Positions 56,192-64,000 of a stretch of DNA of 64,000 nt are shown here, piece after piece; within the stretch, counting starts at the first letter, position 1, and the number at the start of each line of letters is the position of its first letter. Source of the DNA: Limisphaerales bacterium (GTDB taxonomy: Bacteria > Verrucomicrobiota > Verrucomicrobiia > Limisphaerales > CAZKNW01); NCBI GenBank assembly GCA_965658675.1, contig CBFHTT010000013.1:158016-222015 (forward strand), written 5' to 3'. The notes below the pieces were generated by a model. It saw only the letters and a program-made list of their open reading frames with translations, was not told where the DNA came from and did not search any database. The position numbers and the translations under genes were made by a program.

Positions 56192-57124
56192 ATGACTCTC
56201 GGGACTGGAGAAACAAAGAAGGTTCTCTATCTTCGTGGCGGTGCTTTTGGGGATTTTATTCTTACTCTTCCTTCTCTCTCTCTCCTACGTTCACATTACC
56301 CCTGTTCAGAGCTTCATCTGGCATGCAAACCGTCGGTGGCGCGAGCGATTGACGGCACTCGCCTGATAGATCAGGTGCATGATATCGATGGGCGTTGGAT
56401 GACTGAAGTTCTGGGAGGAGGCGAGGTGTCTGAGGGGATCAAGACGTTGGTGGGTTCCTATGATTTGATTATATCTCATCTGTGGGACAAGGACCTGAAA
56501 CTGAGAAAGTTTTTTGAGATCCACTCAGGCGCTACTTTTGTTCAGTCTACGACGCGGCCTGTTAATGGATCTGAGACTCATGCGGGTGTTCAATATTCTG
56601 AATCGCTACGATCGTATTTTAAGGCCGATCCAGTGGCTCCGTTTCGCTTTGGGCGGATGGGAGGGAAATCGTTTGAAGCCACGGTTGTCATTCATCCAGG
56701 TAGCGGAAGTGTGGATAAGAACTGGCCTGCCGATTTCTGGTCTCAATGCGTCAATGAGCTCCTACGTAGAGAACTAAAAATTGACTGTTTGGTTGGGGAG
56801 GCCGAGCTGGAACGAGGGCTGCCTGATTGGATTACAGAGTCGGCCTCTGGAGTAAGGGTGCACGAGGAACTGCCTTTGGATCAGGTTCGAGATATGATGC
56901 TGCAGGCCGGTGGGTTCCTCGGGCATGATTCGGGTTTGGCGCATCTGGCTGCTGCATGTGAGTTGCCCGGTGTTGTGCTTTGGAGAAACTCAGATCTGAA
57001 AGTTTGGAGTCCGTGTTTTGAAGGACTGAAGGTAGTCAGGGATTCCAGTGGAGAAGGAGCTCTTGACGTCGCGAACAGACTTACAAATGTGCTGCAAGGA
57101 AGTCGGCGACATGGAGAACCTTGA
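56192..57124 (+). CDS. Glycosyltransferase family 9 (heptosyltransferase-like)
   Basis: RGGAFGDFILTLP, IHPGSG...KNWP, GHDSGLAHLAAA. Confidence 0.9.
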   Translation: MTLGTGETKKVLYLRGGAFGDFILTLPSLSLLRSHYPCSELHLACKPSVARAIDGTRLIDQVHDIDGRWMTEVLGGGEVSEGIKTLVGSYDLIISHLWDKDLKLRKFFEIHSGATFVQSTTRPVNGSETHAGVQYSESLRSYFKADPVAPFRFGRMGGKSFEATVVIHPGSGSVDKNWPADFWSQCVNELLRRELKIDCLVGEAELERGLPDWITESASGVRVHEELPLDQVRDMMLQAGGFLGHDSGLAHLAAACELPGVVLWRNSDLKVWSPCFEGLKVVRDSSGEGALDVANRLTNVLQGSRRHGEP

Positions 57125-58346
57125 TATCTGAACGGTTGGCTTTCTTCAGTCCTGCCTTGATCTGCAGGATGCAACCTGGATTGGAGGTGATGACGATGTG
57201 GGCGCCTGATTTGAGGATGTTATCAATCTTTCTCCGCTGGAGTGCTTCCGCAAGTTCCGGTTGTGTTAGATTGTAGGTGCCTGCGCTGCCACAACAGACT
57301 TCTGCCTCGTGCAGATCATGCCTGCGCCCCGGTGCCACGCTATCAACAAGATCTCGCGGCTGTTTTGTGATTCCTTGAGGGTGAGCCAAATGACAGGCAT
57401 CATGATAGACAATGGGACCATTCGCGTAGTCCTTGCCCGTTTCCAACTTGAGATTGGGCAGGTGTTCGGGGAGCCATTCGGTAAGGTCTTTGACTTTCTC
57501 AGAGAATACTTGAGCACGATCTGCGTATTCAGGGTCATCCTTCAAGAGGTGACCATACTCCTTAAGCGTGGAACCACATCCGGCAGCATTGATGAGGATG
57601 ATGTCAGATGGAGTTGATTCAAATGCATCTATGTTCTTTCGGGCAAGCCGTCTGGCCTCTTCGAGTTGGCCACTGTGGGCATGCAGGGCGCCGCAACAGG
57701 ACTGTCCTGCAGGTTGATTGACCTTGTATCCAGCGGCATTGGCTAGACGGATTGTGTTGGCGTTGGTTCCTTGAAACATGACCGGCATGACGCAGCCTCG
57801 AATCATTTGAACGGTACCGTTTGCTTCAGATGGTTGAAGGGGCTCGTCAGTGCTTCCAGAAGCAAGATCATCAGGCACCAGATCGAGGGCGTCCTTTGCG
57901 AACTGAGGCATGATCGCCCTAAGTCCCAATCCCTTTGCTATCATTGCAGGGATGAGAGCAAGACGTAGCCTCCATGGGTGAGGGAAGATCTTCTCGATGA
58001 AGATGCGTCTTAGCGCAGTCTGAACAACCGAACGTTTATGAGTTGCCTCAATGTGATCGCGGGTGTCTTCCAGTAGTGATCCGTATTGCACGCCGCTTGG
58101 GCATGCTGTTTCGCAGGCACGGCAACCCAGACAGGAGTCGATGCTCTTCACTGACTCTTCATCAATCTCGAGTTTTCCATCAGCAATGGCTCGCATGAGA
58201 TAGATTCGACCGCGTGGAGAAAGGTTCTCATCGCCTGTTTCGAGAAATGTGGGGCAGGAAGAAAGACAAAGGCCACAGTGGACACATGCCAATGCCTTGT
58301 CCTCATCGAGGAAAGAACTCAGATTGATCTCGCTGCATTCAGGCAT
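57081..58346 (-). CDS. glcF: Glycolate oxidase iron-sulfur subunit (GlcF-like)
   Basis: CVHCGLCLSSCPT, SPRGRI, CLGCRACETACPSGV, CCGALH.H.G, YHDACHL.H.Q, CCGSAGTYN, NPGC. ATG at 58346 preferred. Confidence 0.88.
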   Translation of the reverse strand: MPECSEINLSSFLDEDKALACVHCGLCLSSCPTFLETGDENLSPRGRIYLMRAIADGKLEIDEESVKSIDSCLGCRACETACPSGVQYGSLLEDTRDHIEATHKRSVVQTALRRIFIEKIFPHPWRLRLALIPAMIAKGLGLRAIMPQFAKDALDLVPDDLASGSTDEPLQPSEANGTVQMIRGCVMPVMFQGTNANTIRLANAAGYKVNQPAGQSCCGALHAHSGQLEEARRLARKNIDAFESTPSDIILINAAGCGSTLKEYGHLLKDDPEYADRAQVFSEKVKDLTEWLPEHLPNLKLETGKDYANGPIVYHDACHLAHPQGITKQPRDLVDSVAPGRRHDLHEAEVCCGSAGTYNLTQPELAEALQRRKIDNILKSGAHIVITSNPGCILQIKAGLKKANRSDIKVLHVADFLAAHL

Positions 58347-58353
58347 GATGATT

Positions 58354-59271
58354 TCAGTTGATCGTTGGAAGGACACCCTTGGGGTCGAACTGTTTCTTCA
58401 ATCGTTGATGGATCTCCGATGATGGAGAGTCTGTTGATCCAGCCGTTGCATAGCGAATGATTCCGGCACCAAGGTGAATATAGGCGTCTGATTCCAAGTG
58501 AGCCCCATCGAGCTTTGATGGCCAGAACCGGTCCAGTGAATGATCAGGAAACCTTGCGCAAAAATCACGAAAAGCACTCTGATCCGAGGTTGGTGAGAAC
58601 CCTAGTCTTTCGACCTTGTTGGCTGCGTCATTCACCTCAGCGTTGGTTCCTTGAAACGTAATCATTAGGGACCAAGTCTTGGATTCAGGACTTCTGATGA
58701 GATCCATCACAGTTAGTGGCAGTGAAAGGGAATTGAGCTCGCGTCTCTTGGCTATGGCGGAGGTGGGATTATCGCAAGCTACCTGAAAACTGCGGGAGGA
58801 TTGAGGGATAGCTCTCAGTTTGAACGTGACCTCGGTTAATACTCCCAAGCTATGTCTGGCACCGGTGATCAATTTGCAGAGATCGTAGCCGGCCACATTT
58901 TTTACGACCTTTCCGCCGCTTCTGAATAAATTGCCATCCGGCGACGCGACTTGGATGCCAATCAGGTGGTCGCGAATCATTCCGTAACCGTGCAGGGATG
59001 GGCCAAACCGATTGAAAGCAACCAGATCCCCTAGAGTCAGTTCGTTGGAGTTCGCTGGATCAACGGGAAGCCATTGATTCTGTGGGAGCAGGGCTTCTTG
59101 AAGGGAAGTCAGGCTGACACCGGCTTGCGCCGTGATGACAAGGTCCTGAGGCTGGTGATCAAGAATCTGGTTCAGGCCCGAGAGGTCTACTTCGCCTAAT
59201 GAATTACCTGCCTCTGCCATGCTACGCAGGTCTGCGGCGAGTTCTTCAGGCGTTCGGTTGTTCTGGGTCAC
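58354..59271 (-). CDS. glcE: FAD-binding oxidoreductase (GlcE-like)
   Basis: DL..T.QAG, Q.LPVDP, RDHLIG, GGKVVKNVAGYDLCKL..G..SLGVL, LKKQFDPKG. Confidence 0.8.
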   Translation of the reverse strand: MTQNNRTPEELAADLRSMAEAGNSLGEVDLSGLNQILDHQPQDLVITAQAGVSLTSLQEALLPQNQWLPVDPANSNELTLGDLVAFNRFGPSLHGYGMIRDHLIGIQVASPDGNLFRSGGKVVKNVAGYDLCKLITGARHSLGVLTEVTFKLRAIPQSSRSFQVACDNPTSAIAKRRELNSLSLPLTVMDLIRSPESKTWSLMITFQGTNAEVNDAANKVERLGFSPTSDQSAFRDFCARFPDHSLDRFWPSKLDGAHLESDAYIHLGAGIIRYATAGSTDSPSSEIHQRLKKQFDPKGVLPTIN

Positions 59272-60427
59272 GGGATGTATTTAGCAATCGTTCATAGATT
59301 GCGGCAAGATCGTCCACCATTCTTTCTACGGAAAAACGATCTTTTACATAGTCTCGACCTTGTTGTCCCAGCTGTCGGGAAAGCTCTGTGTTCTCGGATA
59401 GTTCCAACATTGCATCGTTCAGAGCTTTCTCATCACCGTGTCGAATGAGCCTGCCTGTCTGCTGGTCGATACAGATTTCAGGGGCCCCATCCAGATCGTA
59501 GCTGACGAGTGGTTTGCCAGCTGCTGCTCCTTGAGCCAGAGCGCGAGGGAGTCCTTCACGCTCCGATAAATGAACAACCGCATCCATAGCCCCGACCAGA
59601 GATGGAATCTCTGAGGGAGGGACCAATCCTGAGAAAACGAAATGATCATTGAGACCCTTTTCACTGATCTTTCTCGTAAACTGATCTCGTAGAATGCCGT
59701 CGCCAACGAGGAGGAATTGGATGTTCGAATTTGCAGCTATGAGTTTGGGAGCGATGGAGAAAAGGGCGTCGTGTCCTTTGAGTTCGAATAGTCGGGCAAT
59801 TTTTCCGAACACGAACGAATCCTTGCGCAAGCCAAGTTCCTGGCGAAGTGAGAGTGAGTTTATTGATCCGCTGAAAGGAGCCAGATCGAAACCACTGAAG
59901 ACGCGACTGTAGTCTTCTTTGCTACCGATACCAGCGCGAAGGTATTGCTGCGTCATCGCATCTGCAACCGACACAAAATGAGAGGTCATTTTTCCGGCCA
60001 ATCGTTCAGCAGTGGTGAAAATTAGATTGGAAACAGGTCCTTGGAATGCGCCAAACGATGGACCATGGATACCATGAATGATCACTGGGACTCTGGCTCG
60101 CTTGGCCGCCAGTCTACCCAAGATGCCCGCCTTGCCGCTGTGTGTGTGGACGATGTCTGGGCATTCCGTTCTGAAAAGATCTACAAGTTTCTGATAGGCC
60201 TGAAAGTCTGAAGTAGGGGAGACGGGCCTAATAAGGTCGGGGACGTTGTGTAGGATGTCTGGCTGGTCGCAGAATAAATCTTCCAAGCTGCCTTCAGGCC
60301 CAGAGGTTGGGCCAGTGATGAGCTGTGCATCAATGCTGTGGCGGGCTCGAAGTCCCAAGACTGAGGACACGGTGTTCTCCTGGGCCCCTCCGACGATCAG
60401 TCGAGTGATGACATGGAGAACTTTCAT
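59246..60427 (-). CDS. Glycosyltransferase family 4
   Basis: VLHVITRLIVGGAQ, PDIVHTHSGKAG, KGH, EGLP.....A.GKP. Confidence 0.9.
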   Translation of the reverse strand: MKVLHVITRLIVGGAQENTVSSVLGLRARHSIDAQLITGPTSGPEGSLEDLFCDQPDILHNVPDLIRPVSPTSDFQAYQKLVDLFRTECPDIVHTHSGKAGILGRLAAKRARVPVIIHGIHGPSFGAFQGPVSNLIFTTAERLAGKMTSHFVSVADAMTQQYLRAGIGSKEDYSRVFSGFDLAPFSGSINSLSLRQELGLRKDSFVFGKIARLFELKGHDALFSIAPKLIAANSNIQFLLVGDGILRDQFTRKISEKGLNDHFVFSGLVPPSEIPSLVGAMDAVVHLSEREGLPRALAQGAAAGKPLVSYDLDGAPEICIDQQTGRLIRHGDEKALNDAMLELSENTELSRQLGQQGRDYVKDRFSVERMVDDLAAIYERLLNTSRDPEQPNA

Positions 60428-60432
60428 AACGG

Positions 60433-63249
60433 CTACTTGGCGGGTATCGATTCCAATCGATCCAGATAGCCTTTGGCAATGGATGCCTTCCCGCCGTTGG
60501 GGGTACGTTGGAGATATTCTGAAAAGTTCTCAATCGCTGCTTCTGTGAAGCCTTGAGAAGCGTTGATTTCGCCTAGGTAGAAGTAAAGAAGTTCGACATT
60601 TGGGTTGATTGCTTTCAGACGAGTGAGGTCCTTACGAGCAGCGCCGTAGTCCTTGCGAGACATGTGCAAAATAGACCGATTAAGAAGTCCCGGTTCGCTT
60701 CTGGAATCCAGCGTGAGCAGACGGTTCAACATCTCTTCGGCCTCATCGACCTTTTTTTCTTCGAGAAGAAGCGCTGCTTTGTTCAAGAGCGCATGGGTAT
60801 CCTCCGGATTAATCAAGAGTTGCTGATCTAGCTGTTTCGAGGCCTTGGAGTATTGGCCTGTAGTCAAATAGATATTGGCCAACGTGCGGGGGAAGATGCT
60901 TGCGGATGGATATTTTGCGACAGCCTCCTTGAGCACGGATTCAGCTTTTACGGCATTGGTCTGGTAGAGGTAGGAAAGTGCTTCGATACGGATCAGATCC
61001 CAAGTGTTCGTGATGGAAAGCTTGTCTGCATACTTGTTGCGTGTCTCCTCGATGATCTTCAAGGCGTTCTGAGTGACGCGGGCATTCTGATAGGTCTGAG
61101 CCAAAGCAATGTGTGGTATCGGACTTTCTGGAACGAGTTCTCCCGCGCGTGCTTGTTGGACGGATGCCTGTTTGTAGTAGCTGAATTCCGAGAGTTGGCT
61201 GGCCAGCGAAATGCAAAGATCAGGATGGTCTACCGGGCCTTGAGTCTTGTGGATCTGCGCCCATTGGAGGTTTGATGCAAGGAATTGTGAAACGAGCTGC
61301 TGGGTCTTGGCTAATTCATCGCCCGTATTTATTTCCTGATGATAAGTGAGATTGATCAAGGCTGGTAAGTTGCTGCCCCAAAGATCCAAGGCAATTTGGA
61401 AATACGTCAAAGCTTCGTCAGTGCGGTCAATTTTGGCGAGTTGGACACCCAGACTGTTTGCGCTGCGGGAGATCAACGCAGCGATCCATTGATCCTGATA
61501 GAAGTCGCTGCCAGCAACTGAATCGATGAGTTCTTTCTGAGATTCCCAGAAACCAAGTTCAACTGCTAGATCCTCAGCCGTGAGAGTCGGCGCACGATCT
61601 TTCGAAAGTGGGTAGGGAGCAGATTTGAAGGCGAAGCCGCTGGGGAGGCTCGCTCCGTACTCAAGGAATTGTTTACCAACCTGTGGTGCGAGAAAGAAGA
61701 GAGGCTCCTTTGTGCCCAGTTGCCCGATCAGTGTTTGAGTAAGGCGACTGTCCAGAGGTTCTACAAAACGCTCATCATCGAAAGTAGAAGGCCAGCGTTC
61801 CCCATGGAGTTCGCTTAGTTGTTTGTGATAGCTCTTTTTCGAAAGAGTTCGTTCGTCAACCATGATGAGGTCTTCGCCTCGCCTTTCGCGTTTCAACCAT
61901 GCTGTGGTCAACGCGAGGAGTTCTCCTTGATCACTGACAACGATTCCTTTCTCGTCGGGCAGAGTGGAAGCCAGTCCGGCTACAGCCCGTTCCAAGTGAT
62001 CGGATGTGGCAATCTTGATGCTTGGTGAATTATGAAAGAACAGGGCAATTGGAAGCCCAAGGGCGACAAGGCCAGTTAGGGGCGTTCCAAGTTTGGTAAG
62101 AATTGGCCAGATCTTTTTGGCGCGTCCAAAGAGCTTGTCTGAAGGAGGCAGGCTTAAGAGTAGTTGGAAAAAGCCAAGGTAGTAACCGAATGCCAATGCT
62201 CCCAAGTAGGTGAAACTGAGCCATGACAATCCCAGACCGATCTCACGCGGACTGAAGAACGGATCGAACATCACCCAGCCAATGACCACGAGGAACATAA
62301 GGTTTACGATGAAAAACAAAGCGTGGGTGAGGAATGCTCCGAGGATGCTTACGTCGCCGATGTTTGAAGGCCAACGGATGCCGACCACCAACGCTGGAAG
62401 GAGTGAAGTGAGTCCTACAATCAGAACAACATACTTTGGAAGGCCGAATATGAAGCCTTTCTGATATTTTAGTTGGAAGAGCACTGCATCCCAGAATCCT
62501 GTTGTGCCGGTGCTTTCCCCCAGTCCCTTTAGAGGCATGACGAAGTAGAGGCATGTTCCCAGAAGGAATAACCCAGCTGAGGGTAGAAGAAATTTGGCAG
62601 TAAAGAACTGGCGTTTCTTCATGACCAATACAATCAGGTAGAACAGGGGAGTCCAAGCGATGAAAGCCCAATCATTTGCTGTCGATGCTCCCAGAACAAA
62701 AGCAGCGATGAACACCTTCCAGTCCTTCTTATCAAGTCGGTGGATCAAGAGAGCATGAACGAGATAGGCGAACGATAGCAGATTGATCATTTCGCCAGTG
62801 AAGGCAAATGCGTGCTCCCAGAACGTGAGGTTAAGAGCCAATGCCGCAGCGCCTGCAATTGGTGGGAGCCATGCGAAGCGGAGACTGAGCAGGCCAGACT
62901 CATTGCGCTCCCTGATACGCTGGTAGCGAGTGCGGTCTGCGGGGAGTAAACAAATGGAATGAGCAAGCAGTCCCACAACCATCGCTCCACAGACTGATGT
63001 AAAGATATTCAGAATCTTTGGGAGATTCCCTGGAGAAAGTGAACCAAACGGGAGTGTTACGAGATGTGTCAACGGTTGGTCCACCTGAGGAAGCCACCAT
63101 AACCAACCTCCAACCCGTGAAACCATGCCGACACTTTTCAGAGTTAGCCACTGAGGCATCGTAATCAGGTATAGAACGAATGAAGCGATGCCCATGCCCA
63201 CAGCTAGAAAAAGCGGCCAGCGGCGGGATGGTTTTGATTCTGAACTCAT
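60433..63249 (-). CDS. DUF2723/TMEM260-like multi-TM (GT-C type) protein with C-terminal TPR repeats
   Basis: LY..T..., PL..L, LN..., FWEHA....GE N-terminal pattern; about 11 TM helices; periplasmic domain; several TPR units. Confidence 0.7.
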   Translation of the reverse strand: MSSESKPSRRWPLFLAVGMGIASFVLYLITMPQWLTLKSVGMVSRVGGWLWWLPQVDQPLTHLVTLPFGSLSPGNLPKILNIFTSVCGAMVVGLLAHSICLLPADRTRYQRIRERNESGLLSLRFAWLPPIAGAAALALNLTFWEHAFAFTGEMINLLSFAYLVHALLIHRLDKKDWKVFIAAFVLGASTANDWAFIAWTPLFYLIVLVMKKRQFFTAKFLLPSAGLFLLGTCLYFVMPLKGLGESTGTTGFWDAVLFQLKYQKGFIFGLPKYVVLIVGLTSLLPALVVGIRWPSNIGDVSILGAFLTHALFFIVNLMFLVVIGWVMFDPFFSPREIGLGLSWLSFTYLGALAFGYYLGFFQLLLSLPPSDKLFGRAKKIWPILTKLGTPLTGLVALGLPIALFFHNSPSIKIATSDHLERAVAGLASTLPDEKGIVVSDQGELLALTTAWLKRERRGEDLIMVDERTLSKKSYHKQLSELHGERWPSTFDDERFVEPLDSRLTQTLIGQLGTKEPLFFLAPQVGKQFLEYGASLPSGFAFKSAPYPLSKDRAPTLTAEDLAVELGFWESQKELIDSVAGSDFYQDQWIAALISRSANSLGVQLAKIDRTDEALTYFQIALDLWGSNLPALINLTYHQEINTGDELAKTQQLVSQFLASNLQWAQIHKTQGPVDHPDLCISLASQLSEFSYYKQASVQQARAGELVPESPIPHIALAQTYQNARVTQNALKIIEETRNKYADKLSITNTWDLIRIEALSYLYQTNAVKAESVLKEAVAKYPSASIFPRTLANIYLTTGQYSKASKQLDQQLLINPEDTHALLNKAALLLEEKKVDEAEEMLNRLLTLDSRSEPGLLNRSILHMSRKDYGAARKDLTRLKAINPNVELLYFYLGEINASQGFTEAAIENFSEYLQRTPNGGKASIAKGYLDRLESIPAK

Positions 63250-63255
63250 CAGGAA

Positions 63256-64000
63256 TTAGTTGGTTTCATTAGCGATCAATCTTAGATCGGCCACGCATTC
63301 GACATGTGCCGTCTGAGGGAACATATCCAAAGGCGTCACATGTTTCAGTTGATAAACATTGTCGCGGCACAGAAGTTTCAAATCTCTGGCAAGCGTTGCT
63401 GGATGACAACTGACATAGATGATCTGACTGGGCCGGGCTCGTCTGAGTGCGTCGATCGCTGCTGGAAAGCATCCCTTGCGTGGAGGATCCAGAACAACGG
63501 TCGTGTTGTCGACGGGGAAACGTTTGAGCAGTGAACCAAGGAGATCCTGTGTCGCTCCTGCAACGAAATCTCCATTTCGAATGTTTCGATTGTTCATGTT
63601 CTCTCTGGCTGCGCGAATGGCTGAGCGATCGAATTCGACTCCAACAAATGATTCTACGTGCTTCGCGAGCTCCAGTGCGAAGAAACCGACACCACAGAAT
63701 GCATCAATCAGAAACTTTGACCCATTGTCGGCAATCCGTTCGCGGACGGTTTCGATCAATGACGGAAGCATGAAGAAGTTGTTCTGAAAGAAGGAATCTC
63801 CAGGAACGACCCAATCCTTGGGACGTTTTCTTAGAACGACTTTCAATCCTCCTTTCTCTGGCGGGTTGTCATGTACTCCCTGAATTTGATCGCTGATCTC
63901 TTTCTCGGAAATCTTGCACTCATGAACGGGGACAACCCAATTGCTGTCCTGCCGGACGAAGCCGACCTCCAGTTTCTTCTCTTTTCCGTTCCAGTGACTC
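63256..64000 (-). CDS. rlmD: TrmA/RlmD-family RNA m5U methyltransferase, 5'-truncated by the window edge
   Basis: SFFQNN, DAFCGVGFF, LDPPRKG, YVSCHPATLARD, DMFPQTAHVE. Frame stays open to the window end. Confidence 0.8.
   Translation of the reverse strand, partial: SHWNGKEKKLEVGFVRQDSNWVVPVHECKISEKEISDQIQGVHDNPPEKGGLKVVLRKRPKDWVVPGDSFFQNNFFMLPSLIETVRERIADNGSKFLIDAFCGVGFFALELAKHVESFVGVEFDRSAIRAARENMNNRNIRNGDFVAGATQDLLGSLLKRFPVDNTTVVLDPPRKGCFPAAIDALRRARPSQIIYVSCHPATLARDLKLLCRDNVYQLKHVTPLDMFPQTAHVECVADLRLIANETN

Noticed and set aside
1-64000. CRISPR arrays, IS elements, integrases, prophage or defence genes
   Set aside because: No regularly spaced repeats or such protein motifs were seen by eye. 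Short degenerate repeats could have been missed.

Overview
Chromosomal window of a PVC-superphylum bacterium, most likely Verrucomicrobiota (inferred from the DUF1501/DUF1549-DUF1553 pair, several sulfatases, the prs-rplY-pth-rpsF-ssb-rplI order and secreted proteins ending in RFYR). I found no rRNA, tRNA, CRISPR array or mobile element. 1-19 kb is accessory catabolism: PhoD, an esterase, four sulfatases, an ArsR-rhodanese-TauE-persulfide dioxygenase operon, a PSD1/DUF1501 pair and a secreted metzincin. 22-27 kb and 44-64 kb are mostly housekeeping. The best candidate for an undescribed system is 30.6-42.0 kb. It is a pilMNOPQ-type secretin operon with PilM and PilN in one ORF (GspL-like) and a PilP-like protein without a lipobox, followed directly by two large paralogous secreted proteins. 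Each of these reads as NHL propeller / FN3-associated / cohesin-like / dockerin-like / cohesin-like / conserved C-terminal module ending in RFYR(V/I). The same C-terminal module is on the unrelated metzincin at 16-17.8 kb, which suggests a C-terminal sorting signal and a secretin route that could build a cohesin-dockerin surface scaffold. All domain calls come from reading motifs by eye; no searches were run.
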